A stretch of DNA of 59,643 nt, the filler included. It is 6 parts of 6 records of this genome, joined end to end, with 100 filler letters (N's around TTAATTAATTAA, not from the genome) between each part and the next. Parts side by side here need not be neighbours in the genome. Positions count along the whole stretch, not along the records: positions 1 to 7,561 come from SRR31156797_18700; positions 7,662 to 24,861 come from SRR31156797_18719; 4 more parts are not named here. The stretch is one strand, 5' to 3'. Below the pieces are notes generated by a model. The model searched no databases. It was not told the DNA's origin and saw only the letters and a program-made list of their open reading frames with translations. Shown here in pieces: positions 1-10,788 of this stretch (position 1 is the first letter of the stretch; every line of letters starts with the position of its first letter). The position numbers were made by a program, and so were the translations under genes.

Positions 1-643
1 TGGTGACATGGAACAAAGACAAAGAGAAGAGGTAATTAGAGCTTTTAAAGGGGATACTTTAGAAGTACTTATTGCAACAGATGTAGCAGCTCGTGGACTT
101 GATGTAAAAGGAGTCTCTCACGTATTTAATTATCAGCTCCCATTTGATAGTGAAAGTTATGTACATAGAATCGGACGAACTGGTCGTGGAGGAAATGAAG
201 GAAGCGCAGTTTCAATTGTAACTCCTGCAGAGTTTAGATCACTACATAAGATCCAAAAAGATGTGGGAACAAAAATTGAAAGTAAAATCGTTCCAAACAA
301 AAGTGCTTTAAAAGATAAAGCATTACAAAGTTTTGTAGATAATATTGCGACACAAGAGATTGATGATACAGTTATAGAGATGATCGAAAATATGAAAGAC
401 CAATTTGATCTTTCAACAATCACTTATAAACTAGCTTCTATGCTTTTATCTCAATCTGCCATCAAAGGAAAAGATAGTATAGGAAAATCTAAAAAAGATA
501 TCGAATACCTACTCGAGCGTGCTGCAAAAGGTGGAGATAGATCTAGAAGTAAAAACTCTAGAAATAGAGGTCCTAGAAGTAGAAACTCTAGAAATTCTAA
601 TTCTAGAAACTCAAACAATAGAAGAAGAGATAGTAGAAGATAA
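1..643 (+). CDS. DEAD/DEAH-box RNA helicase, C-terminal part (5'-truncated by window)
   Basis: Helicase motifs V (ATDVAARGLD) and VI (YVHRIGRTGRGG); basic SRN-repeat tail. Confidence 0.93.
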   Translation, partial: GDMEQRQREEVIRAFKGDTLEVLIATDVAARGLDVKGVSHVFNYQLPFDSESYVHRIGRTGRGGNEGSAVSIVTPAEFRSLHKIQKDVGTKIESKIVPNKSALKDKALQSFVDNIATQEIDDTVIEMIENMKDQFDLSTITYKLASMLLSQSAIKGKDSIGKSKKDIEYLLERAAKGGDRSRSKNSRNRGPRSRNSRNSNSRNSNNRRRDSRR

Positions 644-665
644 CATAACAAGAGGGATTTAAAAA

Positions 666-1544
666 GTGACATTACAAAGAAAAGCCACAGTTATTTCAAG
701 TGCAGTTGCTGCATTTTTAACTTTGATGAAATTTGTTATAGGATTAGCAAGTGGATCAGTCGCAGTTCTTGCAAGTGCTGTTGACTCAATCCTCGATATG
801 TTTGTCTCACTTTTTAACTACTTCGCGATCTCAAACTCTGAAAAACCAGCAGATGACCAATTTAACTATGGTCGTGGTAAAATTGAAGCCTTAGCAAGTG
901 TTATTGAGGGTGTTATCATCTCAATGTCTGGGCTTTTTTTACTTTATACTGCTATCAAAAAATATTTCTCCGATGAAACATCTCAATACCTCAATATTTC
1001 ACTGATCGTGATGGTAATATCACTTTTTATCACTATAGCACTTGTTTCATATCTTAATGCTGTTGCAAAAAAGACAAATAATATGGTGATAAAAGCTGAT
1101 GCTCTTCATTATAAAACAGATGTTTGGGTCAATGGAGCCGTTTTAATCTCACTTGTTGGAGTATATTTTACAGGATGGGAGATCATAGATATCATTATTG
1201 GTGGTGGGATCTCTATCTTTATTATATATAGTGCTTATGAGCTTATCGAAGAGGGAGTCTTAGTACTACTAGATAGTGCTTTAGATGAAGAGGTTTCTGA
1301 AAAAATTGTTTCAATCATAGAAAAACAAGAAAGAGTCAATGATCATCACTTTTTAAAAACACGCGCTGCTGGAAATAAAAACTTTGTGGAGGTTCATTTA
1401 GTTTTTGATTGTTTAATTACTTTAATGGAAGCACATAGGGTTTCTGATCGAATAGAAGATGAGATCAAAAAAATTGACACTTCAAGAGAATGGATCATTA
1501 ATATTCACATGGATCCTTATGACGATTCAGATATTAATAATTAA
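666..1544 (+). CDS. Cation diffusion facilitator (FieF-like) metal exporter
   Basis: SVAVLASAVDSILD, FNYGRGKIEAL, ADALHYKTD motifs; C-terminal EAHRVSDRIE/IHMDP dimerisation domain. Confidence 0.9.
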   Translation: MTLQRKATVISSAVAAFLTLMKFVIGLASGSVAVLASAVDSILDMFVSLFNYFAISNSEKPADDQFNYGRGKIEALASVIEGVIISMSGLFLLYTAIKKYFSDETSQYLNISLIVMVISLFITIALVSYLNAVAKKTNNMVIKADALHYKTDVWVNGAVLISLVGVYFTGWEIIDIIIGGGISIFIIYSAYELIEEGVLVLLDSALDEEVSEKIVSIIEKQERVNDHHFLKTRAAGNKNFVEVHLVFDCLITLMEAHRVSDRIEDEIKKIDTSREWIINIHMDPYDDSDINN

Positions 1545-1596
1545 GAAAAGTGTATAATCGAAAAATTTAATAACATATAAAATAGGATAATAAAAT

Positions 1597-2943
1597 ATGG
1601 CAATAAGTTGGATGCAAAGACATAAAAAGTGGTTGATCGTGACTATTTGGATAAGTACGATCGCTTTCGTTGGAGCTGGTTTTGTTGGATGGGGTAGTTA
1701 TAACTATGGAAAATCTGATGGAGCAGTTGCAGTAGTTGGAGACAAAGAGGTACCAATGGCAGATCTCCAACATGAATATAGCAGTCTTTATGCCCAATAT
1801 CAAAATATGTTTGGTGGAAAATTCAATCAAGAGATGGCAAAACAACTTGGAGTTGAACAAGCTGCTCTTCAAAGAGTGATCAATAAATATCTTTTACTCA
1901 ACTACGCTGAAGAGCTTGGTCTGCTTACAACAGATGAAGAGGTGATTGAAGAGCTTGTAAAGATCCCATCATTTCAAAAAGATGGAAAGTTTGATAAAAA
2001 CACCTATCTTCAAGTTTTAAAACAAAATAGAAGAACTACTGCTGATTTTGAAGCACAACTCAAACAAGATATCTTAATCACAAAAGTACAAAAAATATTT
2101 GCACTAGAGCCTGATACAAAAGAGCTTAACAACCTTGGAAATATTTTATTTAGTGAATCTAAAGTATCAATCAATATTATTGATGGAGATGAGATCAAAA
2201 TAAATCCTTCAATGGAAGAGCTTGAAAAATATTATGAAGAGCATAAAGAGCAATATAAATCACCTGCTGGATTTGAAGTAGCGATCAAGAAAATAGAAAA
2301 CCTTGAAAATACAGATCAAAAAGAGATGAAAAAAGTTGCACTAAGAGAATATCTTGCACTCAAAAAAGAGGAAAGTACTTTTAGTGAGACAAAAACTATT
2401 TATGATCTTACCACTCTTTTAGACCAAGAAAGCATAGAGACTTTTAATCAAGCTAGTGAGAATGAAATATTAAAACCTTTTTACAAAGATGAAAACTTTT
2501 ATATTGTAAAAAAGATAAAAAATATCACTCCACAAGTATTACCATTTGATGTAGTAAAGTCTCAAATAAATAAAGCATATATCATTGCACAAAAAGAGAA
2601 AGAGTTAGAAGAAAAAGCAAAACAATCTTTAGAAAACTTTAGTGGAGTTGATATAGGATTTGTAAATAGAAATAGTGATGTAACTATTCAAGGTCTCTCA
2701 ACTGAAGAGATAAACCAAGTGTTAGAGAGTATTTTCAAATCAACAAAACAAACCAACTATATTAATCTAAAAGATAAAGTAGTTGCCTATAAAATCGAAG
2801 ATACAAAACTAGGATCTATGGATGATCAAAAAGAGAAACTTGTACTTTCAACTATCCAAAACTATAAATCAAATGCCATATCAGAACAACTGTTAGAGCA
2901 GTTGCAAAATCGATATGAAATAAAATCTTATATGACAGAGTAA
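1597..2943 (+). CDS. ppiD: PpiD/SurA N-terminal domain periplasmic chaperone
   Basis: MAISWMQRHKKWLIVTIWISTIAFVGAGFVGWG N-terminus typical of Campylobacterota PpiD; directly upstream of ftsA-ftsZ. Confidence 0.78.
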   Translation: MAISWMQRHKKWLIVTIWISTIAFVGAGFVGWGSYNYGKSDGAVAVVGDKEVPMADLQHEYSSLYAQYQNMFGGKFNQEMAKQLGVEQAALQRVINKYLLLNYAEELGLLTTDEEVIEELVKIPSFQKDGKFDKNTYLQVLKQNRRTTADFEAQLKQDILITKVQKIFALEPDTKELNNLGNILFSESKVSINIIDGDEIKINPSMEELEKYYEEHKEQYKSPAGFEVAIKKIENLENTDQKEMKKVALREYLALKKEESTFSETKTIYDLTTLLDQESIETFNQASENEILKPFYKDENFYIVKKIKNITPQVLPFDVVKSQINKAYIIAQKEKELEEKAKQSLENFSGVDIGFVNRNSDVTIQGLSTEEINQVLESIFKSTKQTNYINLKDKVVAYKIEDTKLGSMDDQKEKLVLSTIQNYKSNAISEQLLEQLQNRYEIKSYMTE

Positions 2944-2947
2944 GGCC

Positions 2948-4327
2948 TTGAATAATTCTATTTTAGCTATCGACATTGGAACAACAAATATCATTGCTAT
3001 TGTTGCCTCAAATGATTTTAGTAAAAAGATCAATATCTTAGGAGTTGGTCAAAGTAAAAGTGAAGGCTTAAAAAAAGGAAGCATTGTCGACATTGACCTT
3101 GCTAGTAGCTCTATTGATGAAGCAGTATCAACTGCACTCAATAGTTCAGGTACTCAAACAAAAAAAGCTACAGTTTCACTTAGTGGCGCAAACACAAAAA
3201 CACTTATGAGCAATGGAGTAGTGAATATTCCAAGTGGTCAAATTACCCTTAATGATATTAAACAAGTGCTAAAAATGGCACTTTATAATGCACAGGTGAT
3301 CTCAGATTATGAAGTGATCCATGTATTACCTATCTTTTTTAGAGTAGATGATGGTACAACTATCTCAAATCCACTTAATATGAATGGATCAAGAATAGAG
3401 GTTTCAGTCAATATCATCACGGCAAAAAAAACAGCACTTACAAATATACGAAATGCCCTACAAAGAATCAATTTAGAAGTTGATAAATTTGTTTTATGTG
3501 GATATGCAAATGCTATCTCAACACTCGATGATGATCAAAAAAAACTTGGAGCTTGTGTGATCAACCTAGGTGGAGCAACTACTCAGTTTGTGGTACAAAA
3601 AGGCTCTACAATTGTTTATAATGAGTTTCTACCAATAGGAAGTGAAAATATCACCAATGATATCGTCTCAACTTTTCACACTCCATATAGTGCTGCAAAT
3701 ATGATCAAAAAACAATATGCTACACTTTTACCATATAGTGATAAAGAGAATGAACAAAATATCAAAAAAGTAAAGCTTCCAACACTTGGAAATGAGAGTG
3801 AATCAAAAGAGATCGCACTAGAACAGATCCAACCGATCATCCATGCAAGAATCGAAGAAACACTTTCTATTATTCATGATAGACTTCTTGATAGTGCTGC
3901 GATTGAAAGTATTGATGGTGGAGTTATTTTAACTGGTGGTATGAGCTATATCCCTGGGATTAAAGAGCTTGCTTCTAAAATATTTAACAATATTCCAGTA
4001 AAAGTAGCAAATCCTAAAAATATCCAAAATGGATATATCAATTTTAATTCTCCAAGTATGTCTACAATTGTAGGATTATTACTGTATGAACTTGATTGTG
4101 AGAATACTTTTGAACTTGATAGTAATAGCAATTTACGTCAACTATTGACTCAAAAAACAATGCCTCAACCTCAGATGCAAACACAGCAAGAAGAAACTCC
4201 GATAATGCATGAAAAACATGAAAATGATACCTTATCAAATATACAAGATATCAAGAAAGTACCAAAAAAAGAGCCAAAAAAAGGTGCCTTTAGTGGTATG
4301 CTTGATAAGTTAGCGAAATGGATATAA
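2948..4327 (+). CDS. ftsA: Cell division protein FtsA
   Basis: AIDIGTT, INLGGATT, ILTGGMS actin-fold motifs; C-terminal amphipathic helix; adjacent to ftsZ. Confidence 0.96.
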   Translation: MNNSILAIDIGTTNIIAIVASNDFSKKINILGVGQSKSEGLKKGSIVDIDLASSSIDEAVSTALNSSGTQTKKATVSLSGANTKTLMSNGVVNIPSGQITLNDIKQVLKMALYNAQVISDYEVIHVLPIFFRVDDGTTISNPLNMNGSRIEVSVNIITAKKTALTNIRNALQRINLEVDKFVLCGYANAISTLDDDQKKLGACVINLGGATTQFVVQKGSTIVYNEFLPIGSENITNDIVSTFHTPYSAANMIKKQYATLLPYSDKENEQNIKKVKLPTLGNESESKEIALEQIQPIIHARIEETLSIIHDRLLDSAAIESIDGGVILTGGMSYIPGIKELASKIFNNIPVKVANPKNIQNGYINFNSPSMSTIVGLLLYELDCENTFELDSNSNLRQLLTQKTMPQPQMQTQQEETPIMHEKHENDTLSNIQDIKKVPKKEPKKGAFSGMLDKLAKWI

Positions 4328-4328
4328 A

Positions 4329-5495
4329 ATGGATGATAATCTTTTTAGTGAAGAAAATATAAAAATACAAAGACCATCAAAAGTTTTAGAACAAAATGCA
4401 GCAAAAATTGCTGTAGTTGGAGTTGGTGGTGGTGGTTGTAATATGGTCAACCATATGATTAGTGAGGGTGCTCACAAGATCGACCTTATTGCAGCCAATA
4501 CTGATCTTCAAGTTTTAAATCTCTCTAAAGCTCCTAAAAAGATCCAAATGGGAGTTGAACTTACCCGTGGGCTTGGAGCTGGGATGCGTCCTGAGATTGG
4601 TAGAGACTCAGCTCTTGAAAACTATCAAGAGATAAAAGAGTCTTTAGAGGGCGCTGATATTGTATTTATCGCAGCAGGTCTAGGTGGAGGAACTGGAACA
4701 GGAGCAGCAGCTGTTGTAGCAAAAGCTGCCAAAGAGGTTGGAGCTTTAACTGTTTCTGTTGTTACAAAACCTTTTAAATGGGAAGGAAAGAAAAGAACTG
4801 GACTTGCTAATCTTGGGCTTGAAGAGCTTAAAAAAGTAAGTGATTCTATTATCATTATCCAAAATGACAAGCTTCGAAATATAGTAGAGCAAAATATCGG
4901 GATGAAAGATGCTTTTAAAGTAGTAGATGATGTACTCTATCAAGCAGTAAATGGTATGAGTGAAGTGATCTTAAAGCCAGGAAGTGATGATATCAATGTA
5001 GACTTTTCTGATGTAAAGACTATTATGCAGCATAAAGGTCTTGCACTTATGGGAATAGGAAAAGCAAAAGGTGACAATGCAGCTCATGAAGCACTAGAAC
5101 AAGCTATTAAATCTCCGCTACTAGATGAGATCTCACTTGATGGTGCAAAAGGTATTATGATCCACTGGACCGTTAATCCAAATGTATCAATGTTTGCTAT
5201 TGGTGATGTGATGGAAAATATCAATGATACTCTTTCAGGAAACCCTGAAATTATCTTTGGGACTACAACTGATGATAATATAGCAGTAGATGAGATAAAA
5301 ATCACTATTGTTGCAACTGGATTTGAATCAACTGATGATTTTGAGATAGATGAAAATAGTGATACAAAAATATTACCACAAAGACAACAAAAGAAACCAA
5401 TAGATAGTGAAAGTCAATATGACCTTCCACCTCTTATGAGAGGATATGCTATAAAATATAGTTTAGAGAGTGAAAACAGTCCAACTGAGCTGTAA
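4329..5495 (+). CDS. ftsZ: Cell division protein FtsZ
   Basis: GVGGGGCN, GLGGGTGTG tubulin signature, INVDFSDV T7 loop. Confidence 0.99.
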   Translation: MDDNLFSEENIKIQRPSKVLEQNAAKIAVVGVGGGGCNMVNHMISEGAHKIDLIAANTDLQVLNLSKAPKKIQMGVELTRGLGAGMRPEIGRDSALENYQEIKESLEGADIVFIAAGLGGGTGTGAAAVVAKAAKEVGALTVSVVTKPFKWEGKKRTGLANLGLEELKKVSDSIIIIQNDKLRNIVEQNIGMKDAFKVVDDVLYQAVNGMSEVILKPGSDDINVDFSDVKTIMQHKGLALMGIGKAKGDNAAHEALEQAIKSPLLDEISLDGAKGIMIHWTVNPNVSMFAIGDVMENINDTLSGNPEIIFGTTTDDNIAVDEIKITIVATGFESTDDFEIDENSDTKILPQRQQKKPIDSESQYDLPPLMRGYAIKYSLESENSPTEL

Positions 5496-5497
5496 AA

Positions 5498-5860
5498 CTA
5501 CTCTTCAAATACGATAATATCGTATTGACTTTTTTTTACCACAAGAGCCTTTGACATCTCATTTGGCTCTTTTGCTTTAAGCTCTTCTACATACACTTCA
5601 AGCTGTCTAATTCTTGCTTCAAGTTTTAGGATCTTATTGACCCCAGCTATATTCACACCATCTTCTCTAGTTAAGGAGATGATATTTTTAATATTATCTA
5701 TATCCTCTTGGGAATAAAGTCGAATCTTCCCACTTGTTCTACTTGGAGTTACTAGCCCTTCCCTTTCATACTGCCGTAATGTTTGAGGATGAATACTAAG
5801 AATTGTAGCAACTTCACTTATTAGATACACTGGTTCACAATAAGACTTTCCAAACTCCAT
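5498..5860 (-). CDS. hspR: Heat-shock repressor HspR (MerR family)
   Basis: EPVYLISEVA..IHPQTLRQYEREGL..GVNIAGV; downstream of cbpA. Confidence 0.93.
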   Translation of the reverse strand: MEFGKSYCEPVYLISEVATILSIHPQTLRQYEREGLVTPSRTSGKIRLYSQEDIDNIKNIISLTREDGVNIAGVNKILKLEARIRQLEVYVEELKAKEPNEMSKALVVKKSQYDIIVFEE

Positions 5861-5864
5861 AGAT

Positions 5865-6779
5865 CTATACCTCCTGTGGTAATTTTTCCTCTAATACTTT
5901 TACAAGCTCTTCATCCATAGACTCTAACTTTGGAATCACTATATTTGCTTTTAAATATAGACTTCCTTTTTGTTTTGTTTTTCTATTGAGAGCTCCCATA
6001 TCTTTTACACGAAATTTTTGATTTTGTTTTGTGTTACTTGGTACTTTTAAAGTGATATCTTTTGTAAGTGTTGGGATCGTTACTTTTCCACCAAAAATAG
6101 CTGAACGTAAAGGGATATTAAAAGATTTTATAAGATCATCTCCATCTCTTTCATACTCATCACTCTCCTGTATATTCAAAGTAATAATAAGATCTCCTCT
6201 TGGATATCCACTTGCTTGTCTACCTTTCCCTTTTGCACGTATCTTTTGACCACTTGCAACCCCCTCAGGGATCTTTATATCAAAAGTTTCACCATTGATC
6301 GATACATTTTTTACTCCACCTAAAATAGCTGTAGTAAAATCGATTGAAAGATTAGCACTAATATCTAAATCAGGTTCATTGAAGCCTGAGCCAAATGGAT
6401 TTCCTGAGAAACCACTTGATCTAAAACCTCCGCCACCAAAGTTTCCACCCCCAAAACCAGATGAAGAAAATCCTCCACCCTCTCCAAACATTTGGCGTAA
6501 AATATCATTGATATCAACTCCAGCACCCTGCCCTCTTGCAAAATCATGGAAGTTTTGCCCTCCAAACATTGCATCACCATGCATATCATATTGTGCTTTT
6601 TTCTCTTTATCACCTAATACCTCATACGCTGCATTGATCTCTTTAAACTTTTCTTCTGCCTCTGGCGTTTTATTGATATCTGGATGATATTTTTTTGCTA
6701 ATGTTCTGTATGCTTTTTTAATCTCCGCTTCTGTAGCATTTTCATTTAAACCTAAAGTTTCATATAAACTTTTTCCCAT
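5865..6779 (-). CDS. cbpA: DnaJ-class co-chaperone CbpA
   Basis: J domain with HPD, G/F-rich linker, DnaJ C-domain, no zinc finger. Confidence 0.9.
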   Translation of the reverse strand: MGKSLYETLGLNENATEAEIKKAYRTLAKKYHPDINKTPEAEEKFKEINAAYEVLGDKEKKAQYDMHGDAMFGGQNFHDFARGQGAGVDINDILRQMFGEGGGFSSSGFGGGNFGGGGFRSSGFSGNPFGSGFNEPDLDISANLSIDFTTAILGGVKNVSINGETFDIKIPEGVASGQKIRAKGKGRQASGYPRGDLIITLNIQESDEYERDGDDLIKSFNIPLRSAIFGGKVTIPTLTKDITLKVPSNTKQNQKFRVKDMGALNRKTKQKGSLYLKANIVIPKLESMDEELVKVLEEKLPQEV

Positions 6780-6813
6780 TTTTAAAATTCCTTGATAATA
6801 TATAATTTTTGGT

Positions 6814-6842
6814 ATTATAACATAAAGTTGAGTCTATGTCAA
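6814..6842 (-). promoter_or_regulatory. Sigma70 promoter of cbpA-hspR
   Basis: Minus strand TTGACA (6842-6837), 17-bp spacer, TATAAT (6819-6814) with extended TG. Confidence 0.85.
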
Positions 6843-6847
6843 TCAAG
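6827..6847. promoter_or_regulatory. HAIR operator (HspR binding site)
   Basis: GTTGAGT-N7-AATCAAG, 12/14 match to CTTGAGT-N7-ACTCAAG; overlaps the -35 box. Confidence 0.8.
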
Positions 6848-6882
6848 TTTATCTAAACATTGAGTTAGTTAGTATAAGAGTA

Positions 6883-7561
6883 CTATTTTTTGATCTTAAA
6901 ACTAATAGTTACCTTAGCACCTGTGTATTGAAGCTCTTTCTCGTTGTAAGTTTCGTTTTCTATTTTGATCTCTCCATCCATATGTGCAATAAGATTATAG
7001 GTCATATGAAGTCCGAGACCTGTTCCTTGAGATTGGTGTTTAGTTGTAAAGTATGGCTCAAATACTTTATCGATCACCTTATTATCTATTCCACCTGCAT
7101 TATCAAGAAACTCTATAAATATCTTTTCATTCTCTTGGTATACTTTTATAAAGAACTTTCTTTTAAACTTTTTATTTTTACAATTACTAAATGCATCTTT
7201 TGCATTATTAAAAATATTGATATAGCATTGAAGTAATTGATTTGGATACCCTTGAAGGTATAAATCTGCTATCTTTGTTACAAGTTCAATATTGTGATTT
7301 TTAGCAACTGGTTCTATTAAGATCAATAATTTTTTAATATTCTCTTTTATACTAAAATTAACAAGTTTTGTTTCCCCTTTAATAAAATCTCTAAAATCAT
7401 CTATAGTTCGTGAAAGGTATTGGGCATTGTCATTGATACTATCACAATATTTTTGGATAAGTTCATCAGTTAATTTCCCTATCTCATTTTGAAGAAGCAT
7501 CCCAGTAGCTGATGTGGATATCACTGAGAGTGGTTGTCTCCATTGGTGAGCAATATTTCCT
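6883..7561 (-). CDS. Sensor histidine kinase, C-terminal part (truncated at contig edge)
   Basis: Frame extends beyond the ORF call to the H-box GNIAHQWRQPLS; NNAKDA, DNAGGI, FEPYFTTK, GTGLGL boxes. Confidence 0.92.
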
Positions 7562-7661
7562 NNNNNNNNNNNNNNNNNNNNNNNNNNNNNNNNNNNNNNN
7601 NNNNNTTAATTAATTAANNNNNNNNNNNNNNNNNNNNNNNNNNNNNNNNNNNNNNNNNNNN
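7562..7661. other. Artificial contig linker
   Basis: 44 N + TTAATTAATTAA + 44 N. Confidence 0.98.
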
Positions 7662-8039
7662 TTTGCGGATGCGGCAGCACTCCTTGCGGTTTTCGATGCT
7701 TTCGTAGAAAAGGTTGACGCCTTTTTTGTTTACCATTTTTTCAACCTGGTCGCGCTCGGGGAAGTATATTTCAATGTTGATTTTGTAGCGGGCGTTTGTG
7801 CGTTCGATGATGTCGTAGGTCTCAGGAAAAACCCTACCGGTGTCGAGGGTGAAAATTTTGGCCTCCCTGTCGATGCCGGCCATTATTTGGGTGATTACCT
7901 GGTCTTCGGCACCCATGCTTGAGGCAAAGGCTATTTTTTCCTTATGGTTTTGGAGGAAGTATTCGAGTACTTCTTTTGTGCTTGAACCGTTCAGTTTATT
8001 GTTCAGATTATCAATGAGTTCAGTGTGATTGTTGTTCAT
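7662..8039 (-). CDS. cysH: APS/PAPS reductase CysH, N-terminal part (truncated)
   Basis: ASSMGAED, FTLDTGRVFPETY, ECCRIRK (CC motif of 4Fe-4S APS-type enzymes). Confidence 0.92.
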
Positions 8040-8063
8040 TGGTACCGGTTAAAAATGAATTTG

Positions 8064-8071
8064 CAAAGGTA
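8064..8071 (-). promoter_or_regulatory. Bacteroidota -7 promoter element for cysH
   Basis: TACCTTTG on minus strand fits TAnnTTTG, 25 bp upstream of the start. Confidence 0.6.
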
Positions 8072-8332
8072 AGATTTTCCTGAATTTGCGCTTGCATAAA
8101 AACCATGTTCTCACTGTGACTTCAGAAGTCAAACGCTTACTTTTACCTTTGAAGCAATTAGCTTCTTGATTTTTGATTACGCCGGTGACAATTTATTTTG
8201 GGTATCTTCAGAGCTGAAAAACCTGATTATCCATAGTTTGTAATGGCCTTTAAATACCTGAAAAGCCTGAAAATTTAATTGTCAATGCATGTATTGACCT
8301 TGCAGACAATCAAAAAAAAATCAAAGAAATTT

Positions 8333-8359
8333 TGTAATAAATTTGAACCCGCTGCGAAT
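8333..8359 (+). promoter_or_regulatory. Possible ECF-type autoregulatory promoter
   Basis: TGTAAT-N16-CGAAT just upstream of the ECF sigma gene; resemblance only. Confidence 0.3.
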
Positions 8360-8383
8360 CATTAGTAAAAGACAATTTATAAT

Positions 8384-8896
8384 TTGGATAACGCGGAAAT
8401 TAAAAAGGAATTTAATCTGCTAATTGAAGATAATCAGAATATTATCTTCAAAGTATCGCGTATGTATTGTCATAATGAAGCTTGCAGGGATGACTTGATT
8501 CAGGATATCCTGGTTCAATTGTGGCGATCCTACCCGAAATTCGACTCCAGTCGGAAATTTACAACCTGGATGTACCGGATTGCCCTGAATACCGCAATTT
8601 CGCAATTCAGAAAAAGCCAGGCTGAGAAGTTGGAATTTAGCGAAGTTTTACCTGATACCAAATCAGAAAATGATAATTCACCACATGAAAAACAAGAAGA
8701 AACCAGGCTCTTACATCTTGCCATTTCAAAACTTGGCAAAGCAGAAAAGGCAATTTGTATTTTATACATGGATAATTATCCATATGAAGAGATTGCTGAA
8801 ATAATTGGGATTACGGTTAGCAATGTAGGGGTGAAAATAAACCGCATCAAGAAGAAACTGAAAAAGCACTTAAAAGAGGTTGGATATGGATTTTGA
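8384..8896 (+). CDS. ECF RNA polymerase sigma factor
   Basis: DLIQDILVQLW, FTTWMYRIALNTAI (region 2), YEEIAEIIGITVSNVGVKINRIK (region 4). Confidence 0.95.
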   Translation: MDNAEIKKEFNLLIEDNQNIIFKVSRMYCHNEACRDDLIQDILVQLWRSYPKFDSSRKFTTWMYRIALNTAISQFRKSQAEKLEFSEVLPDTKSENDNSPHEKQEETRLLHLAISKLGKAEKAICILYMDNYPYEEIAEIIGITVSNVGVKINRIKKKLKKHLKEVGYGF

Positions 8897-9527
8897 TAAA
8901 ATCAAATCAAACTGGCAGGATTCATTCAATAGTGATCGATTGAGTGATGAGCAGATTTCTATAGCAGAAAGGGTGAAAAGTAAATCTGATCCCGTTTTTA
9001 AAAAGATCATGAGGAACTATACCTTTAGTCTGATTTCATTGCTCCTGATGTACGCCATGATAATCTTCGCCCTTTTTATCTTTCTCGATTCGACGATGGT
9101 ATACCTGTTGGCTTTCCTCATCACTGTACTGCTGGGTTTCGGAGCCGGATTTTCTATCAAATCTCTGTGGGAAATTAAGAAATCACTCAGCACTAACCAA
9201 AGTGTTAGAACCTCCCTGGAAAATACGATCAGGATCATGGAAAGATCGCTGCGTTTCGGCATGGGAAATATCTATAAATTTTTACTCATCCCCTTAGCAC
9301 TGATATTTGGTATAATTATCGGAATTTATATTGGTTCAGGGGATCAGAGCTTTCTGGAAACAATCTATTCCCTTGAAAATAAATCCCTCATAAAAATTAT
9401 CCTCGTGGTTGTACTGGGAAGTGCTGTAACAATTCCCCTATCACAAACCATGATAAAAAAAATGTATAAACAACATTATGAAGAACTTAAGAAATGCCTT
9501 TGTGAACTTGATGAAAATGAAACATAA
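8886..9527 (+). CDS. Membrane protein, probable anti-sigma factor (4 TM)
   Basis: Overlaps sigma stop; MDFDKIKSNWQ start typical of ECF partners; four hydrophobic segments. Confidence 0.65.
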   Translation: MDFDKIKSNWQDSFNSDRLSDEQISIAERVKSKSDPVFKKIMRNYTFSLISLLLMYAMIIFALFIFLDSTMVYLLAFLITVLLGFGAGFSIKSLWEIKKSLSTNQSVRTSLENTIRIMERSLRFGMGNIYKFLLIPLALIFGIIIGIYIGSGDQSFLETIYSLENKSLIKIILVVVLGSAVTIPLSQTMIKKMYKQHYEELKKCLCELDENET

Positions 9528-9533
9528 ACAGAA

Positions 9534-9749
9534 ATGGAACACATGAAAAAAAAGACGAAAATTATAGGAGCGTATATTATTGGCAGTGCCCTGATATGGG
9601 CAGCAGTCATTGTTGGATCGGCATCTGCATTAAAAGGAACGGAGTGCTATGCTGAGATACAGAACATATTCATTGGCGGGTTCATTTCGCATCTGATCCT
9701 CATCTGGGGGCCTCTTTCCCTTCAATTGAAGAAGTTGAAGGAAGAATAA
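9534..9749 (+). CDS. Small two-TM membrane protein
   Basis: Two hydrophobic helices; tight operon spacing. Confidence 0.65.
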   Translation: MEHMKKKTKIIGAYIIGSALIWAAVIVGSASALKGTECYAEIQNIFIGGFISHLILIWGPLSLQLKKLKEE

Positions 9750-9828
9750 TTGTTGTTGGGGCTAATAAATCAGCAATAAACTACGCCCTGGACTTTCTTT
9801 TTAGTTTTAACCATTAAAAATTATTACG

Positions 9829-10725
9829 ATGAGAAAATTATGGAGTTTTAGCTCTTGTATGCTATTCTTATGCCTGCTCTTCAGCGGTTTACCTGAAGTC
9901 AAATCCCAGAACCTGAAGAACTCAGTTTTGTGGAAAATTTCAGGGAACGGATTGGAACAACCCTCGTACCTGTTTGGCACAGTGCACATCATGGATTCTG
10001 CTTACTATTCCCTGCATAGCACAGTCAGGGAGAAAATTGATGCCAGTGATATCATGGTATTTGAAATCAATATCAGTGATCCTGCATATCAGCAAAAAGC
10101 GCTGGCACAGTCATATATGACAAATGACTCTCTGGAAAATATTCTGAGTGAGGAAGAATACAAGGAAATACAAAAATTCACAATGGATGAATTTGGTTTT
10201 CCTTTATCAGCCATCCACAAGATGAAACCCTTTTATATTGCATCTGTTTTCAATGCGCTGAGTTTGCCGAAGAATACGATGTCCTATGAGAAGGAGTTAC
10301 AGGATATTGCACTGGAAAGTAACATGGAGGTTACCGGGATTTCTACCATGGATAAGGAATCGGAAATCCTTGACCTGATGGATATGGAAACCCAGAAGCA
10401 AAGCCTGTTCGATGCCATCGAAGAGTATAAGAAAGGCTACCCACAAAGAGAGCAGGTATTCCAGGCATACCACAAAGCTGATCTCAATTCAATTTATGAT
10501 TTGATGAGAAAGGACTTTTCCCTGGCCGACAGTCTCGTATACGATATCATGTTTGTAAAGAGGCACGAGGTATGGCTACCTTCTATGCTTGCCATGATGG
10601 AAGAGCAATCATGTTTTTTTGCAGTAGGAGTGGGGCATTTGCCTGGAGAGGCGGGGCTTATTAAACTCCTTAGGCTGGAAGGCTTCCGGGTGAAACCGGT
10701 AAATATGGATTTTAAACTCTATTGA
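9829..10725 (+). CDS. TraB/GumN family protein
   Basis: LWKISGNGLEQPSYLFGTVH and FFAVGVGHLPGEAGLIKLLR motifs; signal peptide. Confidence 0.9.
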   Translation: MRKLWSFSSCMLFLCLLFSGLPEVKSQNLKNSVLWKISGNGLEQPSYLFGTVHIMDSAYYSLHSTVREKIDASDIMVFEINISDPAYQQKALAQSYMTNDSLENILSEEEYKEIQKFTMDEFGFPLSAIHKMKPFYIASVFNALSLPKNTMSYEKELQDIALESNMEVTGISTMDKESEILDLMDMETQKQSLFDAIEEYKKGYPQREQVFQAYHKADLNSIYDLMRKDFSLADSLVYDIMFVKRHEVWLPSMLAMMEEQSCFFAVGVGHLPGEAGLIKLLRLEGFRVKPVNMDFKLY

Positions 10726-10788
10726 TCGGGCAATCCATACCCGATGGTACACTAATATAAAATGAACAGAAAGATTAAAAACGACAAT

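Noticed and set aside
535-640. AGAAAYTCTA-like short repeats
   Set aside because: They encode the low-complexity SRN/RGPR tail usual in DEAD-box helicases; not CRISPR or a VNTR system.
7606-7617. Recurrent TTAATTAATTAA palindrome (also 24906, 34412, 43646, 52535)
   Set aside because: Always centred in N runs; an artificial all-frame stop spacer, not biology.
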